This document shows, piece by piece, positions 37,513 through 52,694 of a stretch of DNA of 64,000 nucleotides. The stretch spans positions 4,603-68,602 of the forward strand of contig JBBRCA010000001.1 in the NCBI GenBank assembly GCA_038205325.1. Reading direction: 5' to 3'. Under the pieces are notes generated by a model. It had not been told where the DNA came from. It worked only from the letters and a program-made list of their open reading frames with translations, and searched no databases. The first letter of the stretch is position 1. Each line of letters begins with the position of its first letter. Source of the stretch: Terriglobales bacterium. GTDB taxonomy: Bacteria; Acidobacteriota; Terriglobia; Terriglobales; Acidobacteriaceae. The translations under genes and the position numbers were made by a program.

Positions 37513-39018
37513 TTATTCTGCGGCACCTAAAAGCCAGCCCGTCGTTAACCCCTTGCTCTTCAACCAGTCCTTAACGGCACTCTTTTTGTCCGATAGTATT
37601 CGGTCGATTTCATGACCGGTGGGTGCCGACCACAACTGCCAGTCAGCCAAGCGCGCAACTATCTTCTTGATATGTTGTAGATCCTTATCACTTAAATCGC
37701 GGAGGAACACGCGTGATCGATCATCGGCGTCAGCGAGCTCCAATCTCGCGCACACCGCACCGTGCAAAAGTTCAAACCAAGCCATCATCGATTTCGAGCC
37801 AAAAATTCTCTCCAATTTTCGTTGCGTGTCCGTCTTGACCGATGTGTCGCTGCTCCAGTTATGAAGTGCTAAGTCCACTATGAAATTACTGAGAGAGATC
37901 ACGTTCGCGAGTTCGCTGTCTCGCTTGTAACTCCCGCCTGTCAGGCTGTCCCCGAGTGGTTCTTGAAAAATAAAGTTTGCAAACAACGACTTCTTAAGAA
38001 CGTCGAGGGTGAGCGGAGTCGCTGCTGAACTGCGATTTCCAGTAGAAATAAACTTCGCCATTCCGTTCTCGGAACTTTGAAGTACCCCATTAAAAAGATA
38101 ACTGCGGAATCGTTCATTAACTTCCCCACGCGTAAGCTGCTTGACACCGCGAAGGTACTGAATGAAACCTTCTTCGGATTTTGGCTTTCCGTCCTCTTGA
38201 TTTCGATATGACTCAAAATCACTGCCGAATTCGTCCCCTAGCTTCCTAACCATGATTGACGCAAAAAACCGTGTTTGAGAATATTTGTCGTGAGCTGAGA
38301 TGTTCGTGTCGTTCAGTAACCTCAAATCGGGGTTCAAATACACCTTGCACTCAAAGCTTCTCCTACCGTTCCATAGCAACGCGGCAACTTTATGTTGTCC
38401 ATCGAAAATTACGATTTGGTTGCCGCGAACTCGCCCGATCGACGGTTGCAATACGGGATGATTTTGAAAGTGCCTGAAAAGCTCAAACATCTTTTCTTCG
38501 ATGAGAAACCTAGGCTGGAGCCCCATGCCAGCGTCGTCCGTGTCGTCACTGTCCAAGAGCGAGATCGGTAGAGTTGCGTAAAAATACTCCCATCCGGTCG
38601 TTGGGCATTTGTAAAGCTCGTATGTAATATCGCTTCCGCTTGAACTGAGATGAATTTTTTGTGCTTTAGCGGCAGTCGAGCAGTTCTGCCCGAAAATCAA
38701 CTTATCGTTCTTGGCGAAGTAAAGCAAGAGATCGTGGAGAGTAACATCGCGCGAAGCTGCGAAGAATTCTTGCATCTTCAGTCGTACACGGAAATCTTCT
38801 AGTGGAAGCGCGCCCTTCGCCTTGTTGTGCATTTCACACATCGGCGCAATGTTGTCTAGGACACTCGCGCCACCCATTGCGAAGGCCCGGATATGGTCGA
38901 AGTGAAGTGGAGAATCTTCAGAGATCGAATGGCTTGTCGCGAAACAGTTTCTTCCGTGTCTCGATAAAATCTGCTGCTTTTCTGATTCATCTAGCTGGCG
39001 CTTTAGCGTTATTGCCAT
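37513..39018 (-). CDS. HNH endonuclease fused to ParB/DndB-like DGQHK domain; putative defence protein
   Basis: N-terminal CFATSH...HFDHIRAFAMGG...DNIAPMCEMHNKAKG; central LQPR...IFDGQHKVAAL. AGGAGA RBS. Visibly AT-richer than rpoC. Confidence 0.82.
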   Translation of the reverse strand: MAITLKRQLDESEKQQILSRHGRNCFATSHSISEDSPLHFDHIRAFAMGGASVLDNIAPMCEMHNKAKGALPLEDFRVRLKMQEFFAASRDVTLHDLLLYFAKNDKLIFGQNCSTAAKAQKIHLSSSGSDITYELYKCPTTGWEYFYATLPISLLDSDDTDDAGMGLQPRFLIEEKMFELFRHFQNHPVLQPSIGRVRGNQIVIFDGQHKVAALLWNGRRSFECKVYLNPDLRLLNDTNISAHDKYSQTRFFASIMVRKLGDEFGSDFESYRNQEDGKPKSEEGFIQYLRGVKQLTRGEVNERFRSYLFNGVLQSSENGMAKFISTGNRSSAATPLTLDVLKKSLFANFIFQEPLGDSLTGGSYKRDSELANVISLSNFIVDLALHNWSSDTSVKTDTQRKLERIFGSKSMMAWFELLHGAVCARLELADADDRSRVFLRDLSDKDLQHIKKIVARLADWQLWSAPTGHEIDRILSDKKSAVKDWLKSKGLTTGWLLGAAE

Positions 39019-39051
39019 AAGTTTCTCCTAATTTGACCAATACCAAATAAT

Positions 39052-39077
39052 ACCGGCAGAGCCTGAGCTCTGCCGGT
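39052..39077 (-). terminator. rpoC terminator hairpin
   Basis: Perfect 11-bp stem ACCGGCAGAGC/GCTCTGCCGGT followed on the minus strand by ATTATTT, 41 nt after the rpoC stop. Confidence 0.75.
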
Positions 39078-39118
39078 TCGTTGTTTACGCGGAGCGCTTC
39101 TCGCCGTCCGCGAAGTAA

Positions 39119-43309
<4,191 letters not shown>

Positions 43310-43534
43310 AGTTTTCTCTCTCCGTGTGCAGTGCTTAGCTCGATGCCAACTTTGCGTTTCGCCCTCGTATTTGCTGAGGACTTGTGTTGCGAGCTTCGCT
43401 GCTGTTACTGCTGCTTTACTTTCGCGAGCAGCGCGTTTCTTTGCGCCACTCACTCAATCTTTAGGCCTTCGCTTTCCGCCCGTCTGCTCTTGCCGTTACA
43501 CAAGCTCAGAGCGGACAGACGGAACGCGGTATAG

Positions 43535-46500
43535 CTAATCGGCGACGGCGAGTTCCGGCTCTTCCAGTGCGGCGGCGTCGACCGGTGCGGGATTCTTCAC
43601 CAGTTCGACGTCGAGGCAGAGGGATTGCAGCTCGCGGATTAGAACGTTGAACGACTCGGGCACGCCCGGTTCGATCGCCGCCTCACCCTTGACGATGGCC
43701 TCGTAAATCTTGGTGCGGCCGTAGACATCGTCGGACTTCGCGGTGAGCAGTTCCTGCAGGATGTTCGCAGCTCCATAAGCCTCCAGCGCCCACACTTCCA
43801 TTTCTCCGAATCTCTGCCCGCCGAACTGCGCCTTACCACCCAGCGGCTGCTGCGTGATGAGTGAGTACGGCCCGATCGACCTTGCGTGAATTTTGTCGTC
43901 GACCAGATGTGACAGTTTCAACATATAGATGTAGCCAACCGTGACAGGTTGCTCGAACTGCTCGCCCGTCATGCCGTCGAACATCGGAGTCTTGCCGGAA
44001 CTGGGCAGTCCAGCGGCCGCCAGCAGGGCCTTGATTTCGCCCTCCTTCGCGCCGTCGAACACCGCCGTGCCGAACCAGATGCCGCGCTTCATGCCTGCGG
44101 CGACACGCATCGTTTGCTCGTCGTCGAGATGCATCAGCTGCGTAAGAGCGGCTGTGTTTTTGAACGCTTCCTTGAAGATCTCGCGGACCTCGGAAGCCTT
44201 CTCGCGTTGCGCTGCGAGTTCGGCAACCTTGGCGCCGAGCGTGTGTGCCGCCCAGCCGAGGTGCGTTTCAAGAATCTGACCGACGTTCATACGCGAAGGC
44301 ACGCCCAGCGGGTTTAGGACGATCTCAACCGGCGTGCCGTCCGGCAAATATGGCATGTCTTCCTCGGGCAGGATGCGCGCGATAACACCCTTGTTTCCGT
44401 GGCGTCCGGCCATCTTGTCACCGACCGAAAGCTTGCGCTTCATGGCGATGTAGACCTTCACCATCTTGATGACGCCGGGCGAAAGTTCATCGCCCTTCTG
44501 CATCTTCGAGATTTTTTCGTTGGTGATCTTGCGCAAGACGTCGATCTGGCGCGAGGTCATCTCCTCGATCTCGTCAATCTGCTCGTTGACGCGCGGGTCC
44601 TTGTCGGTGTAGCGAATACGCTTCAGGTTGCGCGTCGAAATCAGTTCGATGATGTCGCGGCTCAACACGTCGCCCTTCGACAGCAGCTTCTTGTTGGTGC
44701 GCTCGTCGTGCAGGTCGGCGAGGACTTCCTTCTCGCCCAGAATGCCTTCAAGGCGTTTCAACCGCTCGTCCGTAAGAATGCGGATTTCGTCGGCTAGATT
44801 GCGTTCGAGTTTCTCGATCTGCTCGCCTTCAATCTGCATCGCGCGCTGGTCCTTCTCCTGTCCCTTGCGGGAGAAGATGCGAACGTCGACGACAGTTCCT
44901 TCGATGCCGGGCGGGCACGTCAGCGAAGCGTCGCGAACGTCGCCGGCCTTCTCGCCGAAGATGGCGCGCAGCAGCTTCTCTTCCGGCGTCAACTGCGTTT
45001 CGCCCTTCGGAGTTACCTTGCCGACCAGGATGTCGTTGTGCCCGATCTTGGCGCCGATGCGGATGATTCCCGACTCGTCTAGGTCACGCAGAGCGTGCTC
45101 TGACACGTTGGGAATATCACGCGTGATTTCTTCCGGCCCCAGCTTGGTGTCGCGCGACTCAATCTCGAACTCCTCGATGTGAATGGACGTGTAGTAGTCG
45201 TCCTTCACGAGTTTTTCAGAGATCAGGATCGCGTCCTCAAAGTTGTACCCGCGCCACGGCATGAAGCCGACCAGCACGTTGCGACCGAGACCAAGCTCGC
45301 CCTGCTCCGTACACGGACCGTCCGCAATCACCTGCCCTTAGAGAACGCGGTCGCCCTTGCGAACGATCGGTTTCTGATTGATGCAGGTGTTTTGGTTGGA
45401 GCGCTTGAACTTCGTAAGCTGATAGATGTCCGAACCCACCTCGCGCGACAACTGCGTGGGGTGGTGCTCGCCTTCGACGCGCACGATGATGCGCTCGGAG
45501 TCGACCGAATCGACGATACCGTTGCGCTTGGCCAGAACGACCGCGCCGGAATCGCGCGCGGTAACGCCTTCCATGCCCGTGCCGACATACGGAGCTTCGG
45601 CGACCAGCAGCGGAACAGACTGCCGCTGCATGTTCGCACCCATCAGAGCGCGGTTAGCATCGTCGTGCTCGAGGAACGGAACCAGCGAAGCGGCCACTGA
45701 AACAAGCTGCTTCGGAGACACGTCGACGTAATCGACTTCGCCCTTCGGCACCAGCACAAAGTTGCCCTGCTTGCGCGCGTTGACCAGGTCTTCGGTGATG
45801 TTGAGGTTCGCATCGAGGTCGATGTTGGCCTGCGCGATGGTGTGACGGTCTTCCTCCCACGCCGACAGATAGAAGCTGAACGGCTCAAGGTCCATGGCGC
45901 GCTTGCCGGCCTTCTTCAACTCCTTATTCTGTTTCGCGGCGTCGGAAACTTCGAGGAAGTCGCCCTGGCGCAGACCGGACTCGCCCGCATTCGACACCGA
46001 AACGAAGTCCAGCACCGTGCCGTTTTTAACGCGACGATACGGCGACTCGATGAAGCCGTATTCGTTGATGCGCGCAAAGCACGACAGCGACGAAATCAGG
46101 CCGATGTTCGGTCCTTCCGGCGTCTCGATTGGGCAGATGCGGCCGTAGTGCGTGGGGTGAACGTCGCGAACCTCAAAGCCTGCGCGCTCGCGCGACAACC
46201 CGCCGGGCCCGAGGGCGGAGAGGCGACGCTTGTGCGTAATCTCCGACAGTGGATTGGTCTGATCCATGAACTGCGAAAGTTGCGACGAACCGAAAAATTC
46301 GCGAATCGCGGCCATCACCGGTTTGGCGTTGATCAGGTCGTGCGGCATCGCCGTCGACATTTCCTGATACACGCTCATCTTCTCTTTAATCGCCCGCTCC
46401 ATGCGCACCAGGCCGATGCGGAACTGGTTCTCCATCAGCTCGCCGACCGCGCGAACGCGGCGGTTGCCCAGGTGATCAATGTCGTCCACCGTGCCGATGT

Positions 46501-48040
46501 TCTTGCGCAGCTTCAGCAGGTAGCGAATCGTCCCGTAGAAGTCCTCAGGCGTCAACGTGCGCTTGTCGAGGCCGGAGGGATCTTGGTTCTCATACAGCTT
46601 GATGTTGAACTTGAGCCGCCCCACACGCGAGAAATCGTACTTGCGCGGGTCGAAGAACATACCTTCAAACAGCGCGGTCGCGGTGTCGAGCGTCGGCGGG
46701 TCGCCGGGACGCAGCTTGCGGTAAATCTCGATTAAAGCTTCTTCCGGCTTGCGTACGTTGTCGCGGCGCAGCGTGTTGGCGATGATGTTGCCCACGTCGT
46801 CGCGCTCCGGGAAGAAAACCTCGAAGTTCGTCACGCCCGACTGGATGATTTTGTGCAGCTTGTCGGCAGTGAGTTCCTGATTGGCCTCGTAAAGCAACTC
46901 GCCGGTGGCCATGTCGATCACGTCGGCGGCCGTCATCGCGCCGTCAAACTCCGAAGTTTCGACTTCGACCGAAGCGACATTGCCCGCGCGCAGGTTGCGC
47001 AGCACCGACGCCGACACTTTGTGGCCTGCGTTGACGATCGGTTCCTTGCCGGTCTGAATGATTCCAGCCGAACGCGTGCCGACCAGATTGGTCGTCTTAT
47101 CCGCGCCCGAAACCGCCCATAGCAGCTTGCCGTCCTTCACCGTGATGGTGTCGACCGTGTAGAACGTCTTGAGGATTTCCTCGTCCGTGCGTAGACCGAG
47201 CGCGCGCAGGAAGATCGTGCCCAGAAATTTCCTCTTGCGATCGATGCGGACGTACAGGATGTTCTTCTGGTCGTACTCAAACTCCACCCACGAACCGCGG
47301 TACGGAATGATCTTGCCCAGAAAATAAGTGCGATTGTTGGCCGTCTCGAAGAACACGCCCGGCGAGCGATGAAGCTGCGAAACGATCACCCGCTCCGTCC
47401 CATTGACGATGAACGTGCCATTCGCCGACATCAGCGGAATATCGCCGAAAAAGACTTCCTGCTCCTTCATGTCGCGCAGGCTCTTGACGCCGGTCTCGGG
47501 GTCCTTGTCGAAAATCTTGAGCCGGATCGTAACCTTCAGCGGAGCGGAGTAGGTCATGCCGCGCTCTTCGCATTCAGACTGGTCGTACTTCAGTTGCAAG
47601 CCCACTGGGTCGCCGCACTTGGTGCAGAAGTCGGGCGTGTTCTTGTTGTAGGTCCCGCAAAACTTGCACAGCACATCGCCCGGATGAAACGGGTCGGTGA
47701 TGACCATGTGGCCGCAATTGGTGCAGGCCGTGCGCAGGTGGTTCAGGCCCTTGAGGTAGCCGCACTTGCACTCCCAGTTGCCGATCGAGAAGTCGACGAA
47801 CTCAAGCTCCGAAACATTGCGAAAATCGGTGATCGGAAACACAGACGTAAAGACGGACTGGAGCCCGTTGTCTTCGCGTTCCTGGGGCAACTTGTCCATC
47901 TGCAGGAAACGCTCGTAGCTGCGGCGCTGCACCTCGATGAGGTTGGGAATCTGGATGCTGGTTGGGATCTTGGAAAAATCAAGACGCTGGCGGACAGCCC
48001 GCATTGCGATGTTGGTGTCGCGATTGTTCGGATTCGGCAT
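43535..48040 (-). CDS. rpoB: DNA-directed RNA polymerase subunit beta (one in-frame TAA at 45338-45340)
   Basis: [57 protein letters not shown]. The two ORFs 45338-48040 and 43535-45331 are in the same frame, separated only by the stop. Confidence 0.98.
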
Positions 48041-48675
48041 GCTCTCTCCTGTTGCGTGACTCGAGGCCTTCGGAAATACCGAAGGGGAGTGGCCTTTTGC
48101 GGGCCACTCCGCTGGATTTCTTTTGCGCCCTTCCGGCATTGCCGCTCCTCGCGGCGGCGACGCCTCAGCGCACTCTGTAACTCTCCGCGAAGCATTTTGC
48201 GGAGTTAAAAACTGAAACTTTTGCGTCACTTGAGGGTCTTGCAATCCACAAGCGAAGCTGCTAAAAATGCTGCACCGGATCGCGGCGCAGGGAAAATAAC
48301 GGCGAGATTACCGGTTCGTAGAAACAGCGAAAGCGCTCGCGGGGACAGAGAGTCCCGTGAGCGCATAGGATGACGCTTGCACTGATTGCTGGATGGAACG
48401 TGGTATAGTCGCCGCCTCTTGAAACTGGCCGGTTTCAAGGTTTGCCGCTGGGTACTGCGCTTCATCGTGGGTATCCGCCGCTCGAAACCCACGCTGCCCG
48501 GCTCCATAACCTGCTTCGCACTGCCAGGATGAACCGGATATTACACATACTTCCTAAAATTTTGGGGTGACCGAAATTACGCTGCACGCTGGGTAGCAGG
48601 TGGCCCCTCCCATGGAGAAGGATACCGCAAAACGACCGAACATGCAAGTGCAATGCCAAAGTGGCAATACGTAGC

Positions 48676-48720
48676 GTCGGGGCCGAAGCCCCGACTTACC
48701 CGTAAGGCCGCTTTTGCGGC
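48676..48720 (-). promoter_or_regulatory. Hairpins downstream of rplL (possible rplL-rpoB attenuator/terminator)
   Basis: GTCGGGGC-TTCG-GCCCCGAC on the minus strand (C-UUCG-G tetraloop) plus GCCGC-AAAA-GCGGC immediately after the rplL stop. Confidence 0.5.
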
Positions 48721-48722
48721 GT

Positions 48723-49097
48723 TTACTTGATTTCGACCGTCGCGACACCGTCGAACTTCTTGGCGATGGCGGCCGCGTCGGCTTTGGAGATGTTCTCCTT
48801 CAAAGGCTTAGGCGCGCCGTCGACCAGGTCCTTGGCTTCCTTCAAGCCCAGGGCGGTGACTTCGCGTACAGCCTTGATGGTGTTGATCTTGTTCGCGCCC
48901 GCATCCTTGAGGATGACGGTGAACTCGGTCTGCTCTTCAACCGGCGCTGCTGCTGCCGCACCGCCGCCCGCTGGGGCCGCCGCGACTGCTGCTGCCGCGG
49001 AAACGCCGAGACGCGATTCGAGCTTCTTCACCAACTCCGACGCCTCAAGCAAGCTGAGGCTAACGATCTGATCTTCCAATTGCTGAATGTCTGCCAT
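48723..49097 (-). CDS. rplL: 50S ribosomal protein L7/L12
   Basis: [41 protein letters not shown]. Confidence 0.99.
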   Translation of the reverse strand: MADIQQLEDQIVSLSLLEASELVKKLESRLGVSAAAAVAAAPAGGGAAAAAPVEEQTEFTVILKDAGANKINTIKAVREVTALGLKEAKDLVDGAPKPLKENISKADAAAIAKKFDGVATVEIK

Positions 49098-49233
49098 GAT
49101 TCTTCTCCATTTAGTTCTAAATTCGTGTTACTGATACATTTCCTGCGGCCAAACCGCGCCTCAAGTTGCCGCATCATTATCGGGTTTCCGTTGCGCCCAG
49201 ACTGCGCACCCGATGCTGCTGCGACGAAAGTTT

Positions 49234-50085
49234 TTACCCCTCGACCGGGTCGGTAGACGCGGCTTCGCCAGCCTGCGACGCAGTGCCATTCTCCGGCTGC
49301 TCGGCTCCCGAAGGCTGCTCGCCAGCCGCAGACTCCTCAACATGAGCGGCTTCTGCGACCGGTGTTTCAGTTTCCGCTGCCGGGACTTCGGCGACAGGAT
49401 CTGCTTCCGAAGCCGGGTGGGCGGCGATCTGCGCTTCAGGCGAGGCGGCTTCATGGTTTGCGGCTTCCGCGGGTGCGGCTTCCGGGGCCGGGGTTTCTGC
49501 TGCCGGTGTTTCTGCGGCAGCTTCTGCGACAGGTGTTTCGCTCGCGGCGGCTTCCGGCGCTCCAAACTTGCCCTGCTCGGCGGCCAAATTGACCACCACC
49601 GCCAGGTTGCGGCCCGTCGCGTTGATGACCGTCGCCAAACGCTGTGCGGGCGACTGGATCAGGAACAGCAGCTTCGAGAACAGTTCATCCTTGCCTGGAA
49701 GGGTCGCCAGCGCCTGAATCTCCGAGACGTTGATGACTCGGCCGTCCACAATGCCGAGCTTGAACGTAAACTCAGCGTTGTCCTTGACCCAGGTGGAGAG
49801 GGCCTTCGCCAGCACCACCGGATCGCCAGACGTGTAGGCCACCGAGTTGACGCCTTTGAGACCCTGCAGCGCGGCCTCGACCTTGGTGCCTTCGGACGAC
49901 TTCGCCGCCAGCTTGTTCTTGACGACGTGATACGCGCCACCCGCCTCGCGGACGATGCGACGCAGATCGAAGTCCTTGGCCGCCGTCAGGCCTTTGAACG
50001 TACCCACGATCGCGGTCGTCGAGCCCTGAAGCTCGCTCGCCAGCATCTTTACTTTTTCGTTCTTCTTCGCTTTGGTCAATGCCAT
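49234..50085 (-). CDS. rplJ: 50S ribosomal protein L10 with ~109-aa acidic Ala/Pro tail
   Basis: VVKNKL, KLGIVDG, LATLPGKDELFSKLL. Located between rplA and rplL; start at ATG 50085. Confidence 0.96.
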   Translation of the reverse strand: MALTKAKKNEKVKMLASELQGSTTAIVGTFKGLTAAKDFDLRRIVREAGGAYHVVKNKLAAKSSEGTKVEAALQGLKGVNSVAYTSGDPVVLAKALSTWVKDNAEFTFKLGIVDGRVINVSEIQALATLPGKDELFSKLLFLIQSPAQRLATVINATGRNLAVVVNLAAEQGKFGAPEAAASETPVAEAAAETPAAETPAPEAAPAEAANHEAASPEAQIAAHPASEADPVAEVPAAETETPVAEAAHVEESAAGEQPSGAEQPENGTASQAGEAASTDPVEG

Positions 50086-50123
50086 AAAACTGCCTCTAGT
50101 CCTGCAAGAATCTGCTATTGCAC

Positions 50124-50159
50124 TTGCTTTTCTTTCTGTCATTCCCGGAGGGAATCTGC
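50124..50159. repeat. REP-like palindromic element between rplA and rplJ
   Basis: TTGCTTTTCTTTCTGTCATTCCC-GGA-GGGAATCTGC. Confidence 0.82.
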
Positions 50160-50167
50160 TTTGGCGT

Positions 50168-50881
50168 TTAAGCCTTGCCGGCAACATCGGCAACCGAGGC
50201 TTCGAGCTCAACGCCCGGCCCCATCGTCGAGCTCAGCACGATGCGCTTGATGTACTTGCCCTTGGCCGCCGACGGCTTGGCCTTGACCACCGACGAAATC
50301 ACGGTCATGGCATTCTCGATCAGCTTCTGGGGGTCGAACGAAAGCTTGCCGACGGGAACGTGGACCAGCGCGGTCTTGTCCGCACGGAACTCGACCTTAC
50401 CGGCCTTGATCTCGCGGATGGCGGCGGCGACATCGGTGGTCACGGTGCCAGTCTTGGGGTTGGGCATCAGGCCGCGCGGGCCAAGCACTTTACCCAACCG
50501 ACCGACCGAACGCATCATGTCGGGGGTGGCGATGAGGGCGTCGAAGGCGGTCCAATTTTCTTTCTGAATACGCTCGACCAACTCTTCGCCGCCGAAAAAT
50601 TCCGCGCCCGCGGCTTCGGCTTCCTTGATCTTGTCGCCGGAAGCGATGACCGCCACAATCTTGCTCGTTCCGCCCAAACCATGCGGCAACACAACCGTCC
50701 CACGCACCATCTGGTCGGCGTGGCGGGTGTCGACGCCGAGCCGCATGGTTAGGTCGACAGTCTCGTCGAACTTCGCGTACTTGGCTTTCTGGAGAAGGGG
50801 TACAGCGTCCCCAATTGCATAAGGGCGCGGTTCCACAAGGGCGCGCGCCTTCGTCAAATTCCTGGAAATCTTACGGGCCAT
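50168..50881 (-). CDS. rplA: 50S ribosomal protein L1
   Basis: [42 protein letters not shown]. Confidence 0.99.
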   Translation of the reverse strand: MARKISRNLTKARALVEPRPYAIGDAVPLLQKAKYAKFDETVDLTMRLGVDTRHADQMVRGTVVLPHGLGGTSKIVAVIASGDKIKEAEAAGAEFFGGEELVERIQKENWTAFDALIATPDMMRSVGRLGKVLGPRGLMPNPKTGTVTTDVAAAIREIKAGKVEFRADKTALVHVPVGKLSFDPQKLIENAMTVISSVVKAKPSAAKGKYIKRIVLSSTMGPGVELEASVADVAGKA

Positions 50882-51001
50882 TCAATCCTCGTCTCCCACC
50901 CCTTTGATTTCTCGCGAGTTGCGAAACTTGCGAAAGGACATGCGGTGGTCCGCATGGGCGTGGTCTCGACTGTGCCGCACCGAAGTGCAGACAACCTTCT
51001 T

Positions 51002-51030
51002 AGTATGCCGGAACTGAGTGTAAACGTCAA
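51002..51030 (-). promoter_or_regulatory. Putative sigma70 promoter for rplA-rplJ-rplL
   Basis: Minus strand TTGACG-17 bp-CATACT, ~120 nt upstream of rplA. Confidence 0.6.
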
Positions 51031-51062
51031 TGCCGACCCCTAAATGTGCGACACTCCCACCT

Positions 51063-52101
51063 ATGCGCGGTTTGATTCTGCTGCTCGGGACGATTATCGC
51101 GGCAACACCCATAGTCGCCGATGATGGAGCAGCTTCCATCGCTGCCGGCGGGACTTGTCCTCATGAAGCACGAGCCACGAATCGTGATGGCCAAGGAAGT
51201 CCTTGAAATCGCAACGTCCAAGGTTAGGGTGGACTATGAGTTTCGCAATGACTCGGATGAAGACATCACAACGCTCGTCGCCTTTCCTGTTCCGTCGTAC
51301 ACATTCGAACAAGCAGTCGAGGCATTTTTTGGCGACGCCAAATTTGATGACTTCCATCTGTTTGTCGAGAACGAGCCGAAGAACTTCTCCGTAGAGGCGC
51401 GAGCTTATATTGGCCGACACGAAATCACGGAGTTGCTGAAGCGCGAACGCATCGACATTTCGACGTTTGGCCACACGTCTACGAAGGAGGGATACGATCA
51501 GCCCTCCGCCGATCTGCAGCGGGTCAGTAAAGCTGCCAAACGAAGACTGCTCGCTGCCGGGGCATTCAAAGGAAACAATCCCAATTGGCGAGTCGAAAAG
51601 AAGTACTACTGGACGCAGGCTTTTCCGGCACACCGTATCGTCCGCATCAGGCACGAGTATTCACCTGTGATCGGCGGTTCCAACACGATTGCGCTGGGGT
51701 TTGATACCAAAAAGCCCAACCTGACAATGGATGAAAAGGCCTATTTAGAGGAGTACCGCAGTCTGTGTATTGACCCAGTCTTAGAGCGAAAACTGAATCA
51801 GGAACGGCGCAGCGATGTACGGGTGCCTTACAACTATGTTGACTTTATCCTGACGACCGCGAACACCTGGCGCACGCCAATTGAAGACTTTACCTTAATC
51901 GTCGATCGTCCCGCTCCCCGCAAATCGTTAGCAACTCATCCGACGATGAAGAACGAAATGCTGGTGAGCTTTTGTTGGAATGGTGTAGTCGAGAAGATCG
52001 ATCCCACACACTTCAGAGCGCACACAATCAAGTTCGTTCCGAGCAAAGAACTTCATGTGGGTTTTATCGGTGTGGAACAAGTGAATCCAGAGAAGTATTA
52101 G
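51063..52101 (+). pseudogene. DUF4424-family exported protein, +1 frameshift near 51150
   Basis: Signal peptide MRGLILLLG...VADDGAASIAAGG from ATG 51063 continues as LVLMKHEPRIVMAKEVL...VDYEFRN only if one G of GGCGGGA is removed. YILTTA-like FILTTANTW motif present. Confidence 0.75.
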
Positions 52102-52694
52102 TTCCAGATTCTCGCCAACTCCAGCACAAACCCACCCACCGGGCCTTTGCCGTAGACCGCAGTATGGCCCTCCTGCACTTCAACGGCCTGGCCCGGACGA
52201 TAAATCTCGACCACCTTACGCGAAGGGTCAATGAGCCATGCGAGTTCGGCACCGTTGGCGATCCACAGCCGCATCTTCTCTCGAACATCCACCAGCCGGT
52301 CGCTAGAGGAACGCAGTTCGATGAGGAACTGCGGACAGACGCGCGCATACCCCGCTTGACGTTCCGAGGACAAGGCGTTCCATGTCTCCCAGGAAATCCA
52401 CGCAGCATCGGCCGAAAGCACGGAGCTGTCAGGAAGAGTGAAACCGCCGTTAGACTCGAACGCCATTCCCGAGTTTGTCTCTTCAGCCCACTTGAAGAGG
52501 TGATAGGAGATGTAGCCGTTCTTGTTGCTGGTATTGCTCCACGTCGGCGACATGACGATCAGTTCTCCGTTGGCGGTACGTTCGACACGCAGCGATTCGT
52601 TCTCCGCGCAAAAGCGAAGCAAATCCTCGTTCGTTACCGGATTGTCGAACCTCAGCCTGATCGGCAGTTCGGTTTCAGGCATCGCAACGTTCAT
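52098..52694 (-). CDS. Uma2-family (PD-(D/E)XK) endonuclease
   Basis: VERTANGELIVMSP, GGFTLPD..VLSADAAW, CPQFLIELRS, NGAELAWLIDP. Confidence 0.92.
   Translation of the reverse strand: MNVAMPETELPIRLRFDNPVTNEDLLRFCAENESLRVERTANGELIVMSPTWSNTSNKNGYISYHLFKWAEETNSGMAFESNGGFTLPDSSVLSADAAWISWETWNALSSERQAGYARVCPQFLIELRSSSDRLVDVREKMRLWIANGAELAWLIDPSRKVVEIYRPGQAVEVQEGHTAVYGKGPVGGFVLELARIWN

Noticed and set aside
43310-43453. N-terminal extensions of rpoC, and likewise rpoB (48041-48244), rplJ (50086-50211) and the 58894 ORF (59242-59421)
   Set aside because: These are ORF-caller over-extensions. Downstream ATGs match expected N-termini or RBSs, and the extensions run through a REP or tRNA genes.
48245-48675. 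Small ORFs or a named ncRNA in the long rplL-rpoB spacer
   Set aside because: The short ORFs have no recognisable content, and I could not match a known RNA family by eye.
52098-52694. Uma2 endonuclease as a defence system
   Set aside because: Uma2 genes are very common multi-copy singletons in this type of genome, and no partner genes support a system.
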